64,000 nt of DNA, taken from positions 99,314 to 163,313 of the forward strand of contig CAMAXE010000005.1 in assembly GCA_945862145.1 (NCBI GenBank). The letters are read 5' to 3'. Made by a program: the position numbers and the translations under genes. The notes under the pieces are model-generated. The model did no database searches. It worked only from the letters and a program-made list of their open reading frames with translations, and had not been told where the DNA came from. The stretch comes from Klebsiella pneumoniae. Lineage in GTDB: Bacteria > Pseudomonadota > Gammaproteobacteria > Pseudomonadales > UBA5518. Shown piece by piece: positions 17,738-26,606 of this stretch; the first letter of the stretch is position 1; every line of letters begins with the position of its first letter.

Positions 17738-18739
17738 ATGCACGCGGAACTCGGGCTGGCTGAACTCGAACGGGTGCGCGCAAGCATCGCTCCTTACATC
17801 GTGGAGACGCCATCGCTGCGCTGGGGGGGCGGCTCGCTAGCCGCGCGTCTCGGTGCAGGCACCGTGGTGGAGGTGAAACTGGAGTTGTTCCAGCGTACGG
17901 GCACCTTCAAGGCCCGCGGCGCGATCAATACCATGCTGCATCTGGACGCGGCGCAGCGTACACGCGGCGTCACGGCCGTGAGCGCCGGCAACCACGCCGT
18001 TGCTACCGCATGGGCGGCACAACAACTCGGCATCGGCGCGAAGATCCTGATGCCGCAGGGCGCCAACCCCTATCGACTCGCACTGGCGCGCTCCTTCGGC
18101 GCCGAGATCGTGATCGCACCCTCGCACCACGCCATGTTCGAGATGGTGAAGGTCCTGCAGGAGCAGGAGGGACGCTACTTCGTGCATCCCTTCGAGGGAC
18201 CGCTGGCGGTGCAAGGCAGCGCTTCCGCGGGGCTCGAGTTCACGGAGCAGACAGAGCCGGTGGACGTCATGATCCTTCCGGTGGGCGGTGGCGGCCTCTG
18301 CGCGGGTTTTGCCGCGGCGATCAGGCAGCGCTGGCCCGATGTGACGATCTACGGGGTAGAGCCAGAAGGCGCCAATGCCATGTACCGCAGCTTCCGCAGT
18401 GGCAAGGCCGAGGTGCTGGAATCGATGAACTCCATCGCCGACAGCCTGTCTCCGCCACGCGCCGAGCCCTGGACCTTCGCGGCCTGTCGTGAACTGGTAG
18501 AAGACATCGTACTGATCGACGACGCCATGTTGCGCGATGCCATGCTCGAGGTTTTTTACGGCCTGAAACTCGCGGTGGAACCCGCGGGCGCCGCCACTAC
18601 CGCGGCACTCCTCGGACCACTGCGCGAGCGCTGTGCGGGCAAGCGCGTGGGCCTGATCGTCTGCGGCGCGAACATGGACGCCGAGGGCTACTGCCGCCAT
18701 ATCACCCAGGCGCTGGCAGACCGTGCCGCCGGCGGTTGA
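17738..18739 (+). CDS. PLP-dependent serine/threonine dehydratase-family enzyme (fold type II)
   Basis: PLP-lysine motif '[11 protein letters not shown]', 'SAGNHA', and glycine loop 'PVGGGGL'. Confidence 0.85.
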   Translation: MHAELGLAELERVRASIAPYIVETPSLRWGGGSLAARLGAGTVVEVKLELFQRTGTFKARGAINTMLHLDAAQRTRGVTAVSAGNHAVATAWAAQQLGIGAKILMPQGANPYRLALARSFGAEIVIAPSHHAMFEMVKVLQEQEGRYFVHPFEGPLAVQGSASAGLEFTEQTEPVDVMILPVGGGGLCAGFAAAIRQRWPDVTIYGVEPEGANAMYRSFRSGKAEVLESMNSIADSLSPPRAEPWTFAACRELVEDIVLIDDAMLRDAMLEVFYGLKLAVEPAGAATTAALLGPLRERCAGKRVGLIVCGANMDAEGYCRHITQALADRAAGG

Positions 18740-20045
18740 GGCGCGCGTCCGCGCCTGCCTGGCGCAGACGGAGCACTTCCGCGACCGCGGGGCCTTCATC
18801 ACCGTTGACGCGAAGACTGCGCTGGCTTGCGCGCGCGCGATCGACAGCGCGCCTGGCGACGGCATGCTCGAGGGCATGACGCTCGCCATCAAAGACAATA
18901 TCCATGTAGCCGGTTTGCCGAACACGGCAGGCACACCGGCGCTGCGCAACTTCGTGCCCACGCAGGACGCCACAGTGGTGGCGCGGCTGCGGGCGGCAGG
19001 CGCCGTGATCATCGGCAAGACCAACCTGCATGAGCTCGCCTTCGGCATCACCAGCCACAACGTAGCCTTCGGCGCTGTCCGCAACGCGCTGGATCCGGCG
19101 TGCATCGCCGGTGGCAGCAGCGGCGGCACTGCTGTGGCCGTAGCGCTGGGGATGGCGCGCGCGGGCCTGGGCACCGACACCGCGGGTTCGGTGCGGATTC
19201 CCGCGGCGCTGAACGGCATCGTGGGCCTGCGCCCCACCACCGGTCGCTATCCACACGACGGCATAACGCGCATCACCTGGAGCCGCGATACTGCCGGGCC
19301 CATGGCACAGACCGTGAGTGATGTCGCGCTGCTCGATGCCGTCATCACCGGCGAGGATCCGGTGAGCGAGGCTGCAACGCTGCACGGGCTGCGGCTCGGA
19401 CTGCCCACGGCGCACTTCTTCGATAATCTCGATCCAGCATTGGCCGCACGCGTCGATCACTGCCTGCAATCCCTGCGGGCAGCCGGCGTGGAGCTGATCG
19501 ACGTGGACCTCGCGGAAATACCCGTGCTAGATGCGCGCACCGGCCCGGCCGCACTTTTCGAGACGGCGAGCCTGCTGCCCGCCTATCTGCGCGATAACGG
19601 CATCGACATCAGCCCCGCGGAGTTCGCGTCGCAGATCGCAAGCCTCGATGTGCGTGGCATCGTGGAGGCGGCGTTTGCCGGCGCGGTAAGCGAATCGACG
19701 TTCCGCGAAATCGAGGACGAGGTACGGCCTGCGATGCGACAGCTCTACGCGGAGTGCTTCCGCTCACAGCGGATCGAGGCCCTGCTGTTTCCCACCACGC
19801 CACTGCCCGCACGGCCACTGCTGGACGCGCTCGACGCAGTGCAGCACGGGGGCGAAATAGCCTCTGCATTCCGCAACTACGTGCGCAACACCAACCCCGG
19901 CAGCAACGCGGGCCTGCCAGGCATCAGCCTGCCTGCGGGCTACGCCGAAGGCATGCCCGTGGGTTTGGAGCTCGACGGTCCGGAGGGCTCTGACCGGCGC
20001 TTGCTCGCGATCGCGCTGGCGCTGGAGTCGCTCCTGGCTGCATAG
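18723..20045 (+). CDS. Amidase-signature (AS) family amidase
   Basis: 'AIKDNI' (Lys), 'GGSSGG', '[13 protein letters not shown]'. 17-nt overlap with the preceding gene. Confidence 0.85.
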   Translation: MPPAVEARVRACLAQTEHFRDRGAFITVDAKTALACARAIDSAPGDGMLEGMTLAIKDNIHVAGLPNTAGTPALRNFVPTQDATVVARLRAAGAVIIGKTNLHELAFGITSHNVAFGAVRNALDPACIAGGSSGGTAVAVALGMARAGLGTDTAGSVRIPAALNGIVGLRPTTGRYPHDGITRITWSRDTAGPMAQTVSDVALLDAVITGEDPVSEAATLHGLRLGLPTAHFFDNLDPALAARVDHCLQSLRAAGVELIDVDLAEIPVLDARTGPAALFETASLLPAYLRDNGIDISPAEFASQIASLDVRGIVEAAFAGAVSESTFREIEDEVRPAMRQLYAECFRSQRIEALLFPTTPLPARPLLDALDAVQHGGEIASAFRNYVRNTNPGSNAGLPGISLPAGYAEGMPVGLELDGPEGSDRRLLAIALALESLLAA

Positions 20046-20177
20046 AGCACACGGATCTTCGGGTAGCCCGAACATGCCGATCGAATAAAAACCCGACGCG
20101 GACGCATAAGAGCGGCATCCCGACGCGCCCGTATACTGCGGCGCTCCATGTAATCGTCCCTCTCCGGATCCGACCCC

Positions 20178-21161
20178 ATGAGCACACCGCTACGCATCAT
20201 CGACGCCGCCACCGTGCGCCGGCTCGCGCCTCCGGAAAAATTGATCGCGTGGATGAAACCCGCGATGGTCTCGACCAGTCGGCGCGCAGTGGAATTACCG
20301 CTCCGTCGCGGCATGGTGTTGCCGGGTGGGCTCGGTGTCATCGGGATGATGCCGGGCTACGTGGGCGAGGACACCGCCTCGGCCGGCGTGAAGCTCGTCA
20401 GTCTCGTGCCTCCCGAGCGGCGGCGGGGATCGAGCCATCTCGGATTGATGGTGCTTTACGACGCTGACGGCCTGGTACCTCAAGCCATTCTCTGCGGCGC
20501 GACCGTCACGGCCTTGCGCACGGCGGCCGTGAGCGCGCTCGCCACATCCGTTCTCGCGCGCCCCGAGGCGAGCGTGCTCGCGATACTCGGTGCCGGCGAG
20601 CAGGCCGCCGCACACATCCCGGCGCTGATGGCAGTGCGCCGCTTCAAGAAGATCGTGATCTGGGCCCGCCGACGTGAACAGGCCGATGCGCTCGCCGCCA
20701 GCTTGCAGATTCCTGCGGAGCTCGTGGTCGCCTCCAGCGTGCAGGAGGCCGTGGCAGCGGCAGATGTGGTGTGCACGCTCACCTCATCCAGAGAGCCGAT
20801 CCTGCAAGGCGAATGGCTTGCGCCCGGCGCGCATATCAACCTCGTGGGCTCCAGCAGCGCCGATGCGCGCGAGGCAGACGACGCCGTCGTCCAGCGCAGC
20901 CGTTTCTTCGTCGATTACATCCCCTCGACGCTGGATCAGGCAGGCGAGTTCCTGCACGCGAAAAACGCAGGTCTCGTCGATGACTCCCACATCGTGGCGG
21001 AACTGGGTGCCGTCCTCGAGGGCACCGCAAAGGGTCGTCGACACGCGGAAGAAATCACGGTGTACAAGTCACTCGGCATAGCAGCCCAGGACGTGGTGAC
21101 GGCACGAGAGGTCTACCGCGCCGCCTGTGCAGGAAATCTCGGGGTCATGGCCGCCGTCTGA
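20178..21161 (+). CDS. Ornithine cyclodeaminase/mu-crystallin family protein
   Basis: 327 aa. 'VTALRTAAVSA' and Rossmann 'LAILGAGEQA' typical of the OCD/mu-crystallin family. Confidence 0.85.
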   Translation: MSTPLRIIDAATVRRLAPPEKLIAWMKPAMVSTSRRAVELPLRRGMVLPGGLGVIGMMPGYVGEDTASAGVKLVSLVPPERRRGSSHLGLMVLYDADGLVPQAILCGATVTALRTAAVSALATSVLARPEASVLAILGAGEQAAAHIPALMAVRRFKKIVIWARRREQADALAASLQIPAELVVASSVQEAVAAADVVCTLTSSREPILQGEWLAPGAHINLVGSSSADAREADDAVVQRSRFFVDYIPSTLDQAGEFLHAKNAGLVDDSHIVAELGAVLEGTAKGRRHAEEITVYKSLGIAAQDVVTAREVYRAACAGNLGVMAAV

Positions 21162-21225
21162 GAGGCGGCGCGTCACGCGGGTCCGCGCCACGCCCGGCTC
21201 TGTCTCGTCCATCAGGGAGAGTTGA

Positions 21226-22527
21226 ATGCACCCGTATTGCCGTATGTCCCCGCTGCTTATCCTGCTGCTGACGCCGCCTGCCAGTGCCGCTCCGGCAGAC
21301 CCGGCGCAGACCTGCGCCAGCTACAACCAGCAGTCACACCGCGCAGCCGAGCGACTGGACCGAGAACTGCAGATCGCCAATAGCCCGCTGCTTGCCGCGG
21401 ACCTGGCGGCAGGCCGCAACCCAAAGCTCGCGGCCTACCTGGATCAGTTCGCGGCCGATGTGGCAGTGCATGGTTTGCAGGGGAGACCGGAGCCTGCGCG
21501 CATCCAAGACGTGAAGGCGCACTACCAGCACGTGATGGGAGCTGCCACCCCCGCAATCCGTGATCCGGACAGCGCGCTTCAGGAAGACGTTCGTGTCGTC
21601 GCCGGGCCAATGGCTGCGCACCGCTATCACGCCGCCCTGCACGTGCCGGGCTTTCCGCCTGATTTCGCGTACTACGACACGCAGCTTCCCCTGCAGTTGC
21701 GAGGGCAGACGCTATTCGACTACGGCGGGCCTGAAGGGGCAATTCGGGAACGCTGGTCCAACCACGACAACAAGTTCCGCACCGGGCAGCTCTGGCGATA
21801 CATGCTGAACCATCCGCGTGACGCTGATCCAACGCGCTTCCGAACGGACCTGCGTCCGGGAAGCGATGCCACAGGCGCTGCGATCGATCGCGACGGGGAG
21901 CGGTTGAATGCCGTCTTCAATGGCGAACTCGCGCTGGTGGCGGGAGATTTCACGTTGGTCGACGGCGCCTTCCGATACGGCCCGCCAAGCCTGCCAAAGG
22001 GCGTTGAACGCCCGGTCACGGAGGCCGAGGGCCTGCAGTTCGTGAAACGCTGGTTCAGCCGCGATCAGCTTCCGGTCGATGCCGACTCAGACTTCGGCTG
22101 GCTAGCCGACGATGCCATCCTGCACGGGGCGGGCTGCGACGACGCAGCGGCAGCCAACGCGCCCGCGATCGCAGGAGGTGCGGGATCAGGCCGACTTGCA
22201 GCGCAAACACTGCAGCGCATTCTCATGGAGCGCGTGGGGCCGAAAATCCATCATCGGCCGCTGGAAGCCGTCGCCCCGTCTGCGCCTTATGACCGGCTTC
22301 CTGTCTCCGGCTGGTCGCGCGTCGCGTTCCGGATGCAGCTCGGTGGAACACACCCGACCGGGGGCGCCACGGGCGTTGCCCGGGGCGTGCCCCTTCAGTA
22401 CTGCGCTCAGTGGATCATGAGATTGCGCACGGTATCGCCCACAGATGTCAGGGCGCAGGAAATCTGGCTCGACCTCAGGCCGCTTGAGGCGCCTGCGGCC
22501 GGTTGTGCCGAGTTGCAGGCGCACTGA
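21226..22527 (+). CDS. Hypothetical secreted protein (no family recognised)
   Basis: 433-aa ORF with GGGAGAG 4 nt upstream of the ATG. Signal-like 'LLILLLTPPASAAPA'. Third codon positions look less GC-biased than in the neighbours. No motif I can name. Confidence 0.5.
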   Translation: MHPYCRMSPLLILLLTPPASAAPADPAQTCASYNQQSHRAAERLDRELQIANSPLLAADLAAGRNPKLAAYLDQFAADVAVHGLQGRPEPARIQDVKAHYQHVMGAATPAIRDPDSALQEDVRVVAGPMAAHRYHAALHVPGFPPDFAYYDTQLPLQLRGQTLFDYGGPEGAIRERWSNHDNKFRTGQLWRYMLNHPRDADPTRFRTDLRPGSDATGAAIDRDGERLNAVFNGELALVAGDFTLVDGAFRYGPPSLPKGVERPVTEAEGLQFVKRWFSRDQLPVDADSDFGWLADDAILHGAGCDDAAAANAPAIAGGAGSGRLAAQTLQRILMERVGPKIHHRPLEAVAPSAPYDRLPVSGWSRVAFRMQLGGTHPTGGATGVARGVPLQYCAQWIMRLRTVSPTDVRAQEIWLDLRPLEAPAAGCAELQAH

Positions 22528-22561
22528 CACGCTGAGGGTCACGACGGGAGCTGAGCAGCCC

Positions 22562-23251
22562 CTACGGCAACCCCAACCAGTCCGCCCCCATGTGCCCCTC
22601 CTTCACATACAGAAGCACCCCATCCTCACCTGCACGCGGCGTGTGGCGGCTGCCAGCGGGCAGACGCAACCACGTGAGTGCCGGGTAATCGCCGTCCTCG
22701 TCGTGCAGGGAGCCTTCCAGCACCAGGATCTCCTCGCCCCTCTCGTGCACGTGCTCCATGAACACGGTCCCCGGCGCCGAGCGCGAGAGCCGCGTGCGCA
22801 CGCCGCCGTGCTCGTGCAGCGGCAGGATCCGGTGCCCCGGTACGAAGCCTTCCTGCCACTGCGCCGCACCGGCATCAACGCGCACCGCTTGCGTGTCACC
22901 CTCGGCGAACTGCCAGAGCTTCACGAAGATGGTGCAGCCACCTTCGGAATACGGCGAGTGACCGCTGCCGGGCGGATTGCGCACATAGCTGCCGGGCGGA
23001 TTGTGGCCGTGCTCGTCCGAGAACACGCCTTCCAGCACGAGGTACTCCTCGCCACCGCCGTGCACGTGCCGCGAGAAACGCGAGCCCGGCGCATAGCGCA
23101 CGATGCTGGTGGCGCGCGCCACCTCCCCACCGATGCGGTCCAGCATGCGCCGCTCCACGCCCGCCATGGGCGAGGGTGACCACGGCAGGTCTACTGTATG
23201 CAGCACCACGCGCCGGGAAAAATCGTGATTGATCTCCGTGGCGCCCGACAT
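22562..23251 (-). CDS. ChrR-like bicupin (two cupin domains, no anti-sigma ZAS domain)
   Basis: Two repeats of the cupin core ('SRHVHGGGEEYLVLEG' and 'MEHVHERGEEILVLEG'). The N-terminus resembles the ChrR C-terminal cupin. Confidence 0.7.
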   Translation of the reverse strand: MSGATEINHDFSRRVVLHTVDLPWSPSPMAGVERRMLDRIGGEVARATSIVRYAPGSRFSRHVHGGGEEYLVLEGVFSDEHGHNPPGSYVRNPPGSGHSPYSEGGCTIFVKLWQFAEGDTQAVRVDAGAAQWQEGFVPGHRILPLHEHGGVRTRLSRSAPGTVFMEHVHERGEEILVLEGSLHDEDGDYPALTWLRLPAGSRHTPRAGEDGVLLYVKEGHMGADWLGLP

Positions 23252-23254
23252 GCC

Positions 23255-24385
23255 TCAGTTCCCTGTGCTATCCGCCAAGCCCGCACCGGTGAGGTAATAC
23301 ACCGCGAAACTCGCCAGCCAGTGCTCGCCCTCGTAATGACCCGAGGACACCAGCGGCAGGCCTGCTGCAGCGTGCGCCTGCATCGCAGACTCGAGGTTGC
23401 CGCGCCGGCGGTCGCGCGGATCGAGCGCGCTGGCGATGCCCTGCATCGCCGAGGCGCGGCTCAGATTCAGGCCCACCAGATGCACGATCTGCGGGTCCTC
23501 GAGATCGCTCACCACCGCGGGCGTGGCCCAGGCGCCAAGCCGCGCGCGGCGCAGCCCGGGCGCGAAGCGGTTAAGCCATGAGGAGAACGGCTTCGGCTTC
23601 AGCACGCGGCGCATCAGGTCAGCGACATTAAGCCCGGGCGAGAAGAAATCCTGGCCCGAGGGCTCGAAATTCGTGGGGTAGCCGGCGTCCTTTTCGTAGT
23701 AGTCCCTCGCCCGCTGCACGAGCAGCGCCTCGAATTCCGCGTTTTCGGTAGCGCGGGCGTAATCGATCATCTGCGCGAGCGCCCACGCGGTATCGGGATG
23801 GATGCCGCTGCGTACCGGGTAGGTGAGACGCGGCAGATAACCCTGCGCAAGCGAGACGATGCGCTCCTCGAGCGGCCGCAGGTTCGCGGCCCAGGCGCGG
23901 GCATCAGGGTCATCGAAACCGCGCAACTCCTGCGCGAGACGCAACAGCCAGGCCCAACCGTACATGCGCTCGAAGCTCTGGTTGTGGCGCGGCTCGAAGT
24001 ACGCCGCTTCGGCAAGGAGGTTCGCGGCCGTGAGATGCGCCGCGATGCGCGTGCGGATCGCCGTGGCCTCGGGCAAATCGGGGTGAAGCCGCAGCAGCCG
24101 TGCCAGCATCCAGTGCGCATGCACCGAGGAATGCCAGTCGAAATGCCCCCAGAACGCCGGGTGCAGTTCGCGCGGGGTTTTCAGATCCGCTGGCCCGTTG
24201 AGAAGCTCATTGGGTTTGTTGGGATACTCGCGGTCCAACCCCGCGAGCGACATCCGAGCGAAGTGCGAGGCCTGTTCCATATCAACTCCCAGCGCCAGCG
24301 CCGACTTCGCATCATTGCCCATAAAACTTGCCAGCACGCCCAGTACGAGCGCGGCGAGCCGCGCGACAGCCTTTGTCACTCGCAT
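23255..24385 (-). CDS. DUF2891-family protein, probably exported
   Basis: ORF 23255-24655. ATG 24385 gives a hydrophobic N-terminus 'VARLAALVLGVLASF'. 'HPAFWGHFDWHSSVHAHW' block typical of DUF2891. Confidence 0.7.
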   Translation of the reverse strand: MRVTKAVARLAALVLGVLASFMGNDAKSALALGVDMEQASHFARMSLAGLDREYPNKPNELLNGPADLKTPRELHPAFWGHFDWHSSVHAHWMLARLLRLHPDLPEATAIRTRIAAHLTAANLLAEAAYFEPRHNQSFERMYGWAWLLRLAQELRGFDDPDARAWAANLRPLEERIVSLAQGYLPRLTYPVRSGIHPDTAWALAQMIDYARATENAEFEALLVQRARDYYEKDAGYPTNFEPSGQDFFSPGLNVADLMRRVLKPKPFSSWLNRFAPGLRRARLGAWATPAVVSDLEDPQIVHLVGLNLSRASAMQGIASALDPRDRRRGNLESAMQAHAAAGLPLVSSGHYEGEHWLASFAVYYLTGAGLADSTGN

Positions 24386-24439
24386 CGCCGCCCCCGCGCG
24401 CCTATGATCCTGCCGGGATTCTGGACCGGTACCTCGGGC

Positions 24440-25351
24440 ATGACAACGAAAACGCAATTCAACGGGCGCAGCACGGCCGATCAGGTGCTCGCGGGGCGCG
24501 ATCTTTCCGCCCGCACGGTACTGGTCACCGGCGCGAACGGCGGCATCGGCTTCGACACGGCGCGCGCGCTCGCCGCCGCAGGGGCGCGCGTGTTGCTCGC
24601 TTGCCGCAACCGCGAGGCGGGAGAGAACGCGGTTGCGCGAATTCGCACTCGCCACCCGCAGGCACGCGCAGAATTCTTGCCGCTGGACCTGGCCTCGCTC
24701 GCGAGCGTGCGCGCGGCCTGCGCCACGCTATCCGCGGACGCGCTGGACACCATCATCTGCAACGCCGGGCTCATGGCGCCGTCCTATGCACTGACCGCAG
24801 AGGGCTTCGAGAAAACCGTGGGCGTGTGTCACGTCGGCCACTTCGCGCTCGTGCAGGGGCTGCTGCCGCAGTTGCTCGCCAGCGGCGCGCCACGCGTGGT
24901 GATGGTGGCGAGCGAATCCCATCGCGCACCCGCCACGCTCGACTTCGACAACTTCCCCACTCGCGAGAAGGGCTACTTCGCGATGCGCTCCTACGGGCAA
25001 GCCAAGCTCTGCAATGTACTGATGGCGAACGAACTGCAACGCCGCTACGGCGCGCAGGGCCTGATGTCCTGCTCGCTGCACCCGGGCACCATGGTGACCA
25101 CCAATATCGGCAGCGAATCCGCGCTGGTGCGTTTCGCGATGAAACTGGTGAGCCCCTTCACCAAGGACTGCAATCAGGGTGCGGCCACCTCGGTATGGGC
25201 TGCGGTGCACGAGCCGGCGGTAGAACTCGCGGCGCAGTACCTGCGCGATTGCCGCATCGACCGCGCCACGCCGGAAGGCCGCGATGCGCAGGTGGCGGGC
25301 AAATTGTGGGATCTCTCCGAGCTCTGGCTCGCGGAGCACGCGGCGCGCTGA
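24440..25351 (+). CDS. Short-chain dehydrogenase/reductase (classical SDR, WWOX/retinol-DH-like)
   Basis: ORF 23798-25351; the upstream part is antisense to the DUF2891 gene. 'VLVTGANGGIGFDTA', 'NAGLMA', 'YGQAKL' (YxxxK). ATG 24404 is an alternative start. Confidence 0.85.
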   Translation: MTTKTQFNGRSTADQVLAGRDLSARTVLVTGANGGIGFDTARALAAAGARVLLACRNREAGENAVARIRTRHPQARAEFLPLDLASLASVRAACATLSADALDTIICNAGLMAPSYALTAEGFEKTVGVCHVGHFALVQGLLPQLLASGAPRVVMVASESHRAPATLDFDNFPTREKGYFAMRSYGQAKLCNVLMANELQRRYGAQGLMSCSLHPGTMVTTNIGSESALVRFAMKLVSPFTKDCNQGAATSVWAAVHEPAVELAAQYLRDCRIDRATPEGRDAQVAGKLWDLSELWLAEHAAR

Positions 25352-25360
25352 GCCCGCGTC

Positions 25361-26521
25361 TTACCAGCTGGCCTCGAGCCGCGCGGGTCCGCGCAGCAGC
25401 GCGCCGCGTGGCTCTGCTCCTGTAGCGTCTGCAAGTCGCAGCCCCGGCAAGCGCTCCAGCAGCACATCCAGCGCGACGCTGAGCTGCCGGCGAGCCAGGT
25501 GCATGCCCGGGCAGAGCCGCGGTCCCGGGCCAAAGCTCAGCAGTTTGCGGCTGCTGTCGCGGTGGATATCGAAGCGGTCGCCATCTTCGAAAACCGCAGG
25601 ATCGCGGTTCGCTGCGGCCATCGCGAACAGCGTGAAGGTCGAGGGCGGTATCTGCACGCCGCAGAACTCCACCGCGTGCGGCGCGGATATTCGCGGCAGC
25701 ACAGCAACCGGCGTTTCCCAGCGCAGCAACTCCTCGATGGCATTGGCGCGCAAGCCGGGCTCCGCGCGCAGTTGCTCCCAGAGCGAGGGCTCCCTGAGCA
25801 GCGCCCATAGCAGGTTGCCGAGGGCATCGGTGGTGGTGGAAGCACCCGCGCTGAAGAGCAGCCGGATATGGGCGAGGATTTCCTCGTCATCGAGTTGGTG
25901 ACCTTCGGCGTCTGCCAGCACCAGAGCGGAGATCACGTCATCACGCGGCTCGCGCCTGCGCTCGGCGATGATCGGTGCGAGGTACTCGTTGATCAGCGCG
26001 GCGCAGCGGCGCGAATGCTCCGGGTCGCGCGGGAACTCGAGAAAGCCCACCGCCCAGTCGCGGAACACATCCTCACGCCACGGCGGAATGCCGAGCATGC
26101 GGCTGATCACGAGGAATGCCACGCGGTGCGTGAAGGCCTCGGCAAGGTCGGCGCTGCGCAGTCCCTGCAGGCGGTCTATCAACTCGTGCGCGATCCGCGC
26201 GAGCCCTTCCTGCTCCATCGCCTCGACGGCACTCGAGCGGAAGGCCGGCGTGGCAAGCCTGCGGTAGAGCCGGTGCTGCTCGTCCTCCATGGTCTGGAAG
26301 GTCACGCCCTGCACGGGTTCGATGGTGATGCGGTAGGCATCGGCAGGCGGGAAGCGGTCGTTGTCTTTGAAGGCCTCGGCGAGCGCCGCGTGACCCGTTA
26401 TCACGAAGGCGTCCTGCCCGCCGAAGCGCGCGGGCGCGACGGGGTGCTCGGCACGCATGGCGCCGAGGGTGCGGTGCAGCTCGGCGCCGGGGAGGAGGTC
26501 TAACGCGAAGTCGAGGCTCAT
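25361..26521 (-). CDS. Cytochrome P450
   Basis: Heme-thiolate loop 'FGPGPRLCPGMHLA', ExxR 'ELLRWETP', I-helix 'AGASTT'. ATG 26521 is preceded by GAGGAAG (the track start is TTG 26536). Confidence 0.9.
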   Translation of the reverse strand: MSLDFALDLLPGAELHRTLGAMRAEHPVAPARFGGQDAFVITGHAALAEAFKDNDRFPPADAYRITIEPVQGVTFQTMEDEQHRLYRRLATPAFRSSAVEAMEQEGLARIAHELIDRLQGLRSADLAEAFTHRVAFLVISRMLGIPPWREDVFRDWAVGFLEFPRDPEHSRRCAALINEYLAPIIAERRREPRDDVISALVLADAEGHQLDDEEILAHIRLLFSAGASTTTDALGNLLWALLREPSLWEQLRAEPGLRANAIEELLRWETPVAVLPRISAPHAVEFCGVQIPPSTFTLFAMAAANRDPAVFEDGDRFDIHRDSSRKLLSFGPGPRLCPGMHLARRQLSVALDVLLERLPGLRLADATGAEPRGALLRGPARLEASW

Positions 26522-26545
26522 GGCTTCCTCTTGCAAAGGACAGGA

Positions 26546-26599
26546 ATCGCGGGCATGGCCCGCTCCTACAAAGAAATAGCGGGCATGGCCTGCGACCAG
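26546..26599. repeat. REP-like hairpin pair (REPIN-like doublet)
   Basis: Copy A: ATC-GCGGGC-ATG-GCCCGC-TCCTACA at 26546-26570. Degenerate copy B: GCGGGC-ATG-GCCTGC-GACCAG at 26579-26599, in the opposite orientation. The same element recurs at 58361-58437. Confidence 0.6.
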
Positions 26600-26606
26600 A
26601 AGGGAA

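Noticed and set aside
17837-19240. 467-aa minus-strand ORF
   Set aside because: It is antisense to the dehydratase and amidase genes, which have PLP-lysine and GGSSGG/AS motifs. Its composition is low-information.
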